A DNA stretch of 61,548 nt, the filler included, from Sluysia triapertura (lineage: Eukaryota): assembly GCA_046118255.1 (NCBI GenBank). It is 5 parts of 5 records of this genome, joined end to end, with 100 filler letters (N's around TTAATTAATTAA, not from the genome) between each part and the next. Parts side by side here need not be neighbours in the genome. Positions count along the whole stretch, not along the records: positions 50,769 to 61,548 come from JBJNIA010193582.1; 4 more parts are not named here. One strand, 5' to 3'. This document shows, piece after piece, positions 50,769-61,548 of the stretch (its first letter is position 1; every line of letters begins with the position of its first letter). Below the pieces are notes generated by a model. The model saw nothing but the letters and a program-made list of their open reading frames with translations, did no database searches and was not told the origin of the DNA. The position numbers and the translations under genes are program-made.

Positions 50769-53690
50769 TAAATCACTATGCGATAAACATAAAATTAAAA
50801 TCCTGAAATCTAAAAACAATAATAACAACCCCTCCACGCCCATACTGGTATATCCTGATTATCAATTAAATAAAGCGTTAATAGCGTAATTAAGACAACA
50901 GGAACCATTATAAAATATGTAAGACTTCCCTATCAGTAAAGTATTAAGGTAGATACAATGAATTACTAATGAATTACTAATGAATAAAAATTTGACATAA
51001 AATTTGACTTCGCTTATGCTGCATCGATTTATATATACAAAAACATTATTTGCATCTTTTACATATAAATTAGTTGAACTAGTTTTCATAACTTAATAAG
51101 ATCATTTAAAAGGCTTGTATAGTTTACGATAATGACCAGGTTTTGTTCGTGGATAATTTACTATAGCTTATCTCTTATTTTAAAATCATGCTCTTTACCT
51201 TTATCATCTTATATTTTTGTAATATTCTTGAAAATATTTTTTGTATATCTGCACGTTTCCAAGAGCTTTGTAAATTCTTGCACATTGTCATACCATATTC
51301 TGGAATTTCAAAGTATTGTGAAGTTGGTGGAATCCAGTTTAGATCAATAGGCGTATTAAGTAGAAAGGTATAAATTTAGTTTCAAAGTGAACAGAGATTC
51401 TATATGCATATAAGCAAGGAGCGATATATAAAACCCAGTCAGATTGTTTGTCATTTACGTAAGATTGTAGCTTGTTAGTTAAAGCCCTATTAAATCTCTC
51501 GACAATAGCATAAGTTGTGTATGATAAGAAGAAGTATACATTCTTAATATATTAAAAATTTTAGCAACCGATTTAATAACTTCGCTTGTAATGTTTGTAC
51601 CTTGGTCAGTTACCAGTTTTCTTTGTGTACTTGTGTGTAATTTTTCAACCAATATTTGGGCTATAGTTTCAGCCTTCTGATTAGGCATTGGATAAGCTTA
51701 GGGCCATTTAGTTGAATAATCTGCAATATAATAATGTATTTATAGTTTCTGAGCGAGGACCCATTTTGTCCAGATCAACGAATTGCATTGATGAATTTTA
51801 CTTTCATGATTTTTCTTCCATATAAACAACGAACTATTACACTATTTTTTAATGTCTGCCCAGTAATATTTACCTTTAATTGTTAGTCATAAACCTTTAT
51901 TAGTAATGGTGTAACTAAAGATTTATGAACTAATGTTGTCCACTCGTCTTTCGAAATTTTAAATCTGGAAACTCTTTCTGTTACTGTCAACTTTTCTGCT
52001 AATTTTGGATTAATATTGCCTTTAGAGAGTCAGTCTAAAGAGAGTGAGATTTATCACATCGATGTTTTATTATTTCCTTAAGATCTTCAGTCTTACCGGT
52101 AAATGTTCATAATATCTATAAAATTTATATTACTTTGTTCGTCGTGTTAGTCAATGTGAGCCATTATTTAAATTTTATCTAGATCGAATGCAGATAAATT
52201 AATGAACCATTTATCTAACGTACTTACTTCGTCTCTATGTTGACTTCATAAAATGGACTGAACGGATATCGAACCCGGGACTTCTCGCCACGCAGTTCGA
52301 TGAATTGAATTGAAAACTTTTATTTTACAACAAAAACAAGTAGGTACACAATCAAATAATAGGGTATAATAAATATAGATAAAGGGATCACATTTATCTA
52401 AAAAGTAGTTAATGTAATAAGGCTGATACTGATTATCCATTTAAGAAATTGTTGCTCTTGCTGTTGCTGATGATAAAGTACATGTTAATAATTGTTGTTG
52501 AACTATGGTGCCACAAGCATACCATTGATAAGTCAGAAAGAACAAAAACAATATTAAGTGACAAACACACCAATGGTAAATCACAAGCATACAATTTAGT
52601 AGGTGAAATAAAGAAATGAGAATATAGGAAAGTAAATAAGGGAAAAAATAAATAAATAACAATAAAAGAATATAAGAAAGAAATAAAAAACCATTGAATA
52701 CAAAATGAAAAGAAGAAGGAAATGAAAATGAAAATGTGAAAGAGAATATCAGTTGTTGTATAATATAATGATTATTCCCAAAAACCAAAAGAATTAAAGA
52801 TTAAAAGCCCACAAGATAGAGAATAAGCAAAGGAGGATTCAGCGTGCTAAACCAGTAATATCTGCACACTGGATATCAGCCCCATCTAACAATTTTTAGA
52901 TTACTATAGTCCATTATACTATATGACACTTTAGGCTTCTATCCCAACATCTATAATTATGCAAGTAAGTTAGTAGTATTAGGAATACTTTTATGATAAT
53001 AGATAAAGGTAGAATGATTTACAAGCATTGACCATTGTTAGGCATTCTCTTTCTATTGAGTAATTCATTTATGTTTTATATGATCTTCTACTGGTGTATG
53101 CTGCTACTCAATCGCATAGAGAACGCAGTTATTTGAATAAAATAAAATAAAAGTCAGGCAATACTAGAATTGATGCTATTGTCAATTTCTCCTTTAAATT
53201 ATTGAATGCAATAGTTTGTTAGCCTGCCCATTTAAATTTTGCATCTTTTTAGTCAAAATTCTTAACGATTTTAGCCAACTTCTTAGAAAATCCTTAAAAA
53301 AACTGTACACATTCTTAACATTACCAGGTTGTGGAACTTTAATCACTTTTTCGATATTCCGTGGATTTGGCTCATTCTTCTGCCAATATAAAGTTGATAT
53401 GCTTAATTTGTAATCCCACTACTTGTAATCATTTGCAAAATTATCTATATTCGCAACGTGTGTATCAAAATCCTTCGAAACATTATGTCATCAATATAAA
53501 CCGTAACGGTTTTGCAATCAGAAAGAAAAAATTCATACAACACTGAACCTTTGCTCGTGCTCCTATCCCTCTCAATGACATTCATCTCCATAAATATAAG
53601 CTGACTTGTGTTTATTTCCATCTGCTATTAACCTCAAAAAATGTAGTATTTTCAACATCTCATCAATTCTTGGCAATGAGAAAACAAATC
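50769..53690 (-). mobile_element. Decayed Ty3/gypsy LTR retrotransposon pol (RT, RNase H region, integrase) with nested insertions
   Basis: FSLPRIDEML, VYIDDI, PQPGNVKNVYSFL, FKW...AFNNLKE, then DYSTKW, PNQKAETIAQIL, VTDQGTN, YVNDKQSDW: RT precedes integrase. Purine tract GGAGGGG (50835-50829) is followed by TTGTT, a candidate 3' LTR start. Confidence 0.88.
51985..52949 (-). mobile_element. LTR-like repeat containing a tRNA-like cassette, copy 2, with a ~580-bp nested insertion (52303-52884)
   Basis: Minus strand TGTTGGGATA...TGGACTATAG...CTAAAAATTGTTAGA [insert] CATCGAACTGCG...GGGTTCGATATCC.TTCAGTCCATTTTATGAAGTC...GAAAAGTTGACA. The terminus matches the solo-LTR end at 33562. Confidence 0.7.
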
Positions 53691-54382
53691 TTATTTAATT
53701 TTAATTTTAGCTAATTACGTAGTTCTATTTTTCTTTTTTACTAAAGTAGCAGAAGAAAATGAAAATATAAATCGCGTAAAATCTTAAATAATATCTTTTT
53801 GTGATCCAAATAAATTATGATTCCTTATGATTCAACTGCAACTAATCAGAATCAATGGAAATTCGAAAACTCCAGAATATTCTAGAATTTTCGATTACTT
53901 ATTTAGAAAAAATTATTTTCCTTTTTCGAAAACTTATTTTCTTTATTGGAAAATTATCTCTACTTTTGTGTTTTTTAAGATTTTAAAGGAGCTGTGACGG
54001 TAACCTAACAAATTATAATATTTATAATTATTATTTTGTAGTTTTTATATTAAACTACATCAAGACATTTGCATTTTGTAAAATTCATTTCAAAAAAACA
54101 ATAAATTATTATTTTTATGAACTAAAAGGTGTTCATAAAATTTGAAGATAAAAATAAATGTAATATTTTTTAAATAAAAGGATTCAAAACAGTAAAAGCG
54201 TTGTTGTGTTGCGTTGACAACAAAACCAATTCATAAACAAAAAATAATTCTGTACAAGGTGTTATATATTTTAGATAATGATTCGAAATGCCATTATCTA
54301 AATGCATTAATGTGTTCTTTAAGTAATTATTAAGAAAACAAGTCTAACAAAGTAGAATAAATTAATAAAGAATCGATAAAAA

Positions 54383-54675
54383 CTAACTTTGTGGACAAAT
54401 AAGCAAATATAATATATTATGGTTATGATAGTGATAACAATTCGAAAAATTATTATAAATACACCATCTTGTATTTGGTTCATACATAAAACTAAAACAA
54501 TTTGTCATAGTTTCGCATAATTTTTTGCACACTGCTATAGTTTCTGTTGCATTTAATTCCATACCCGTCATACGATTTTCTATTATTTCGATATTATCTT
54601 TTTTAATCCATTCATTACTACAATTTTCTTGCTTAATAGTTAAATTACCATACAAATTACAATGTTCTTGACTAC
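54383..54675 (-). CDS. PAN/apple-domain exon (small secreted-type protein; 5' structure unclear)
   Basis: VCKKLCETMTNCFSFMYEPNTRWCIY fits the PAN pattern C-x3-C-x5-C-x-SF-x-Y-x6-C. Confidence 0.65.
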
Positions 54676-55653
54676 TATAACGATTAATAATGAAATAGAC
54701 AAAAATTTTAAAGATTAATTGCCAATAAACAATAATCATTTGGAATAATTTTTGAAAATAGCAAATAATAAACAAAACATCACATTATTTTCATTATTGC
54801 CCACATAAATAATATTGTTTCAGTATACACTTCTGAAAGTAAACAAAATAACGGAAAACTATTCATAACTGTGTTTACATAAATCAACCAGTGTTTTCTA
54901 TTTTAAGTAAATAAATGTATGAAAAAAATTTTTTTGAATTAAAAATTCAAATCAAATCATGATGTAATTATTTATTAAATCAAGTTATTTATTTAATTAT
55001 GTAATTTTTTTAATTATGTTATTTTATTTTGTATTTTTTACATTAAATTGTAGCTAGACATTTTATAATTATGTAAACTGCAAAATTCATTTCAGAAAAC
55101 CAATAAAAATTGATTTTAAGATAAAATTTTAAGATAATCATAAAATTAATGGTGGAATAGTTTAATAGCATAAGTCAAATAAAAGGATTTAAAACAATAA
55201 AAAATGTTTTATGCTGTTGTTTTGTTACATTGACAACAAAAAATCATTCATAAACAAAAGATAATGCTGTACTAAAGTATTGTATATTTTTAAATAACAA
55301 TTCGAAAATGGATTTTAAAAAGATTTATGAAATTTATAAAAAAATTTGAAAATGTGTTTCTTTTCAGTAATTAAGAGGACAAATCATTTTGCTACGCATT
55401 TCTAAATTATACGAAACCAATTTATAAAAAATATTCACGTTTAGTTAGTAAGTGACAAAAACAATAAAGAATTTTCAACCATTATATAGAAATAGTGTAC
55501 TATTACGGTATTTGAGTTTGTATATGCAAGAGCTTTAGAAAATGTGCTACGAATAACTATAATTCTTGACAACCAACCGAATTTTATAGGGTACAATAAA
55601 CAACAGATAATGACGTTAAACTCATTTTTATTTTTGGTCGCCCATTATAATCC

Positions 55654-55654
<1 letters not shown>

Positions 55655-55720
<66 letters not shown>
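55655..55720. repeat. (AAT)n microsatellite
   Basis: Perfect run; explains the poly-Ile ORF 55544-55735. Confidence 0.95.
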
Positions 55721-55723
<3 letters not shown>

Positions 55724-56162
55724 TTACAACAATAATAATGATCATCCATGGTCCAAATCAGTATGAATACTGATTACAAAAGTCAAACGATGCGCAGAAT
55801 TTAAAAAAGAATCAAAATGACTTAAAGAATTATTTAATAACTTAGTCAAATATGCCAATTTTGGTGGTGTGATATTATAATAGTATTTATTTGGTGTTAA
55901 AATATTAGAATAGTATGTACTTGATGTTGTATTTTGATAAAATCTTTTACTTTTATTTAAAATGGTTACGATTATTAACAATTAACAAAGATTTATTGAA
56001 ATTTCTTTTATAATTTCTATAATATATAACTAAAATGTTTAATGTTAAAATTTTGCTGAACAAAAATATTGACATGTCACTGAACATATTGATTAATATA
56101 CCAATCAATATTGTCTAAAAGCAAATGAGAACTAAAATAAAAATATCGTACATAAATTAAAT

Positions 56163-56597
56163 TTATATATCTAATGTTATATCTAAATTTATATATAGAG
56201 TCACGTTTCTATACGTGGTCATTGAAATAGGTGTAAGATATCGTGTCCAATAGTTGTTTGAGAAGCCAGTGGTTTTAGTTTTATGACATTGATCTTTAAA
56301 CATTACGTAAGTAATGATCACGTCAATGTGTTGGAAGATATTAATATATCTTATTAACATATTTGACTTTAGATTAAATTTAAGACTTATAGATCTTAGA
56401 TAAACTAATAACGTAATTGCATTAATGACATCGAATTTGTTACGAAAACTTTTATTAGATTTAATACAATTTTCAATATTAAATAATCTCATCATTTTAT
56501 TAGATGAAGTTAAAATTTCGTTTAAAACTCGTAGATCAAGCAAGTCAAAATTTTGTAACTGCTTTTGTAAAATCGAATCTAAAATTTCTGCGAACAT
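56163..56597 (-). CDS. 144-aa ORF, unknown function
   Basis: Long stop-free frame in AT-rich DNA with mixed amino-acid composition; no family recognised. Confidence 0.35.
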   Translation of the reverse strand: MFAEILDSILQKQLQNFDLLDLRVLNEILTSSNKMMRLFNIENCIKSNKSFRNKFDVINAITLLVYLRSISLKFNLKSNMLIRYINIFQHIDVIITYVMFKDQCHKTKTTGFSNNYWTRYLTPISMTTYRNVTLYINLDITLDI

Positions 56598-56919
56598 CTT
56601 TGCTAAAATAAAAATGATTAAAACTTTTAAACTATATAATTTGTTTTTATCTTCTTATATGATTCCATTAGTTTAAAGCCTATTTTAATTAAATTTTTAT
56701 GAAAATAATATTAAATAAAAAATGAATTGTTTGATTAATTTATCAAAATAAATAAAGGTTTAGGTATTTGAAAAAATATAATAATTTACAAAATTAAAAT
56801 TTTAGATTTAATTAAAATTTTAAAATTTAAATATGACTTTAACGGTCTATTTAAAATGACCTGGAAAAAGATCTCCAACGAGACGAAAATTATTAATTCA
56901 ATTAATTGTGAGAAAAGTG

Positions 56920-57460
56920 TGTAGAATAAAGTTGATTTAAGATATCGTGAGTTCACCAACGTACTGGACGTACCAGCCAGGGCCAGCCGTTGGATTTTAC
57001 GAAAAAGGTAGCTAAAGTCTCGAAGGTTTAATAATATCTAAATTCTCTAACGGTATATCTTAACGTCTGGAAGTTATTTTTATTGTGTCTTGTTTTAGGA
57101 GTTTTATCAATTTAATTTTGTCGATAGTTATTTTACACAAATCCAATAACAAGGATTCTTTACAATTTAAATTATTTTTGGTTAATGATTCTACGTCTAT
57201 ATTTTATAACTATATCAAAACAATATTAACTTTTGAGAGTGATTTATTATACACAAAAATTGGAAAATACAATTTTAAAAATAATAATAATATAGTTTAC
57301 TAGAATATATTTCTGTAATTCTGAATGATAAGAATTTTGTAAATGATATTATAGTGATCTATTACAAGATCACAAAATTATTCAATAAAAGATTTTAAGT
57401 ATATTTTTCAGTGATATTTAACAATATCTTACCTTAAATAAAATAAACTAACGTTTATGA
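56920..57460 (+). repeat. Dispersed repeat family copy (related to 10910-11560)
   Basis: Same ordered shared blocks as the 10910 copy. Confidence 0.6.
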
Positions 57461-59003
57461 AGAAAAATTTAGTCAGATTAATGTGTAAAAATGTGTACAA
57501 TTAATTGCTTGTCCAACAATTATACTTCGCCAATTTACCAAAAAACGAGCCAACAAATAAACTTGTAATTGAATAAAAGAATTGTGAAAAGTATGTATTT
57601 GTGATTGATATTTATACACTTTTACACATTAACCTTGAAGGTTAATTATTTAAACAAAAGTTATTTATTAAAATAAAAGTTTAATTATTTAAACAAAATT
57701 TAAATTAATTAAAAATAATTTTAAAATTAAAACTCATAATTTAAAATTTCCAAATTGATATAAATTAATAAATCACAAAATGAAATAAAATAAATCCAAA
57801 TATTCAAAAAAATTGATATTAATAAAATTCAAAATGTTCACAATTATTATAATAATGTGCATATATTCAAAAATCAATAATTGTTAAGACACACATGTTC
57901 GACTTTAAAACTCTCTAACATAATGATTTCTGTTTACAATTTTCTCCAAATAATTAACGAAAACGAACAATTAAGATTAATAAATTTGCTTTTGAAATGT
58001 TGGCACATAACTTTGAATTAATTATTAATTTTGTATTATTACTAAATTAACTTCAAGTCACTGTTATGTATCTTAGGAATTGAAATAAAATAATAGTGAT
58101 GGAAAAAAATGAATACAAGAATTATTCTGTATGTTTTACGTTCCAAATAATATTGTGTTGAAAATAAAATATTAAGCACTCCCTATAGTGCATTAATAAT
58201 GCGTAAATCATATACACTTTTGTTATTATCGAATTTGACCTTAAAGGTATTTAACAATATTGATTGGTAAGTACTTATTTTTCAATTAAAATATTTAGAC
58301 TTTTGGCGATTTTTAAAATAACTATTAATATTTTTTTATTATTATTGAGATTGCCCAACTGTGTATCCGAAAATGACTGAGAAACATATAGAACTATAAA
58401 ATGAAGAAAGAACTGATACTAAGTGATGAACTGAACATTATAAGCATCGCTGAAATATGAATCATAAAAATAAAACATTGTCAACAGCTAAAGAATACCT
58501 TGATATTACAAAGATCTATGAAAGTTTATGAAAGACCTTTATGGAATCTTGAGATGGACTTGGAAAACCTTTTGAAGTAATTCATTTAATAATTCAAAAT
58601 TTAATATTATATACAAAAAAATTATCCCTCCACATAAAACAGAAAGTAACCACTTAAACAATATTTACATATTAGCTAAACAATCAATCTAAATACGTTA
58701 AATCCATCCATCACAACACATCATAACACACTTCAAAAGCAATAGCATCTATTTTAATATATACTTTACAAGATTTAATATGGTTTTATTAGCATTGATT
58801 GTGTACAATAGTTTTTTATTTAGATTCCATTATGAAGAATTTATGTCTAGAATTCCATTACTGTTGTGTATTGGTACTTTAGTAATTAGTATTATTTTAA
58901 GTTACGATCTTTGTGTTTATAAGCGGGTTGTGGAAGAGCTACAGAAGTTCATGTTCCAGCTTTACTTAAAAATTATTACAACATTGAAAGACGAGTAAAA
59001 TCT

Positions 59004-59380
59004 ATGTCCAGACCAAGTTCAGTTTGCAGTGTAAATTCAAATTTTTACAGTTCTGCTAACAATTATTTTTTTCAACCATTAAATGACAAAAGTTATCCAT
59101 TAAAACGTTCTAGATTAAATTTTGCTGATAGAAATAATGAAGTGTACACAATTTACGAATTTCACCTACAAGTTCTTACTCCAGCTTGGGCTCACTAGAT
59201 TCAGTAAGTCAGCGAGGTTTATCTATACATAGTCGCAAACTTTCTGAAATTCATACCAAACCACCTAGTTCAATATCACGTAATACTCAGATGAGTTCCC
59301 ATTCATCGAAAAGTAAAACTTCTGTTGTCTATCATGAAAGTATTGGGTTTCATTGCTTGAGTTTTTATTATCGGCTTTAG
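59004..59380 (+). pseudogene. Ser-rich ORF broken by one frameshift
   Basis: ORFs 59004-59198 and 59186-59380 overlap in different frames and have similar Ser-rich composition. Confidence 0.35.
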
Positions 59381-59607
59381 ATGTACAAGTTATTTTTCAT
59401 GCTGTAAAATGTTTATGTTTTAATGTTTAATATAATTAATGTACATTTGTGATTATAAATAATAGCCAAAAATATATTAATAAAAATTAAAAATTGATTA
59501 AAACAATTAAATATGTCAGTCCATTAATTAAATTTAGGAATCACAGAATTTGACTATTTCATATTAGATTCTAAAATATTTAGCGTTCGTAGTAGCCATT
59601 TTATTCA

Positions 59608-60066
59608 ATGACCTCCAAAACAAACAGTACATCAAATCAGAAACTACAAAAAACAGTTTCTAATTTAATGTCAACAGTTATGCCTTTATGTCAACAGAGT
59701 GTTCAGGATCAGAATTTAACAAACATTTTTGGTGTTTTAAGCATAAATATAGACAATGATATAGATATTAAAATTCGTAATGAACTACCTTTTTTTGTAT
59801 TTTATGATAAATGTAATGCTGCAAATGCTGTACGTGATTGTTATGGTTATGATTTAGATGCATTTTCTTCACGAGTTGAATTTTATCGAGATTTTAAGCG
59901 AAGTATTTCACGTCGTCATAACTATATAGATCTCAGGTTTGATTACGATTTAGACAACAGACTTAGTAGTAATATCAGTAATAGTGAACATTTAATACCA
60001 ACCAAAATGTATATACCAAAATGTAATATTAGTAATAGTGACCATTTAGTATTACACGAAATATAG
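59608..60066 (+). CDS. Divergent SRSF1/SRSF9-like RRM ORF (intronless; retrocopy or pseudogene)
   Basis: DIDIKIRNELPFFVFYDKCNAANAVRDCYGYDLDAFSSRVEFYR versus SRSF1 [47 protein letters not shown]. RNP1 is shortened; no RS domain. Confidence 0.65.
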   Translation: MTSKTNSTSNQKLQKTVSNLMSTVMPLCQQSVQDQNLTNIFGVLSINIDNDIDIKIRNELPFFVFYDKCNAANAVRDCYGYDLDAFSSRVEFYRDFKRSISRRHNYIDLRFDYDLDNRLSSNISNSEHLIPTKMYIPKCNISNSDHLVLHEI

Positions 60067-60561
60067 GTATCAAAATCATTTAGATAATACTTATCCATTG
60101 ATATTTATTATAATGATTATCGTATTATTGCTCGTATTCATAATTATAATAACAATAATTCTATCAATCAACATATTTGTTATTCTATTCGTTATCATTT
60201 ATTATCAAAACTCGGCTCGTCAGACAATGTTTGTAAACGTCAAAATTTATCAAATTTTATGTGTCATTAGTAAGCAATTTTATTCTCTGGATTTTTATTC
60301 TGAAACCTTTATGTCTAAAAGTTGTGTTGTATATAATAAATTAACTAAAACCTTTTTTACCTACGAACTGAATTTTGATAAAGTAAGGGTCCTTAAGACC
60401 CATTTTTGTATTAAAGATCTAGTAATTTGGTAACTATATTATTAAAAATTAAAATTTTATTTTATTAACTGAAAAAAGAGCTTTTATTAATGATTATTGT
60501 TCCAAATTTTATAAACATCTTCCAATACAACAATTCCAACTATTTATATTAAAATTATTAC

Positions 60562-60562
<1 letters not shown>

Positions 60563-60617
<55 letters not shown>

Positions 60618-60650
60618 GTGTTATTATTATTAGTGTTATTATTATTATTA
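60563..60650. repeat. (ATT)n microsatellite
   Basis: ATT run with two AGTGTT interruptions. Confidence 0.95.
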
Positions 60651-60739
60651 TAGTAACTGAATTCATACATATTTCCAAATGAACAATTGGATATGAATAC
60701 ATAAATTATAAAATATATGATGTTCTTTTTTGAAATGTT

Positions 60740-61190
60740 TTTTGATCTTCTTATTTCATTCTCTTTTAGATCGATTACTTCGAATCTTATATTCGTTTTT
60801 CTTGGTCTCGTCTAGTTTCACCACGTTCTTCAATTAATTTTTTAACAATTCTGTTTCACTCTGTACTTTTCAAATTTTAATTACAGAAAGATTTTCATTT
60901 GACAATTTGTGATTGGTTATTCCAATTCGTTCTTGTTTGCTTTTCAAATAGTTTATTTCTTGCTTCCCGAACCTATTTCGATTAACATACATGTCCACAC
61001 ATCCACACTCAGACAAATTTAATATTTCATGTGGAATCAACTTGCAATTTTGAATTTCTGATTGCGGCAATAGTATATTCGAACTTGGCTATTTTCTTAA
61101 TCTAAAAACTTCTTTTCTTGATATCTTGCATGATTCAGCTGATTTATTTATTGTAGCAAAATTGGATGTAGCGAGAATATCACTTAAATA
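60740..61190 (-). pseudogene. Possible CNC/Maf-type bZIP remnant
   Basis: PHEILNLS...RNRFGKQEINYLKSKQER followed by a stop-interrupted heptad-like segment, loosely like the CNC/Maf extended basic region. Confidence 0.3.
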
Positions 61191-61548
61191 TTTTCATTTG
61201 GATGAGTAAAAATAACAATTATTGTTACAATGTCATTTGATTATTGTAAAGTTTGTCTTGTCATAAATAGTGTTTTGTTTTATATACAGAATATTTTAAA
61301 TAATTAGGACATACCACCACACAGACTGCCGTCTCCATAATTAAATAACAGAGATTTGGACAGGGAGCCCACCAAAAAACATTCAAATTTATCAATAGAC
61401 ACAATTCCCCAAAATAAAAAATAAGTATTTTAATTAATTAAAATTATAAAATAAACAGAAATGTTACCATTATCATGGATTTTCTTTTTTCTCGTAAACG
61501 TTGTCTCGAGTGTTGTAGTGTGAAAAATTTTCTATGTATTCGTTTTTA

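Overview
Very AT-rich eukaryotic, apparently animal, draft-genome scaffold. It has four 100-bp assembly gaps, each carrying a TTAATTAATTAA linker. Recognisable spliced host genes have GT-AG introns, many only 31-35 nt: Flightless-I LRR exons, ribulose-phosphate 3-epimerase (exons 1-4), an F-box/FBXO22-like gene, and a SUV39/G9a-class SET methyltransferase. Between them lie many decayed, largely intron-free paralog fragments: PP1 catalytic subunit, SET/TAF-I, PP2A B55 N-terminus, SRSF1/9-like RRM, a possible bZIP, and several unknowns. Transposon debris includes a hAT, a CR1/L2-type LINE split by a solo LTR, a Ty3/gypsy pol, and several LTR-like families. The most unusual items are (1) an LTR-like repeat with an internal tRNA-like Pol III cassette (two copies), (2) a decayed ORF with ubiquitin-like + AT-hook + retropepsin-like architecture behind an LTR-like sequence, and (3) an open His-rich ORF with 47-aa repeats antisense to the truncated RPE gene. 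The organism cannot be identified from the window; the tiny introns and AT content suggest a compact invertebrate genome (an orthonectid-like parasite is a guess only). All homology calls come from manual translation and remembered family motifs, not from database searches.
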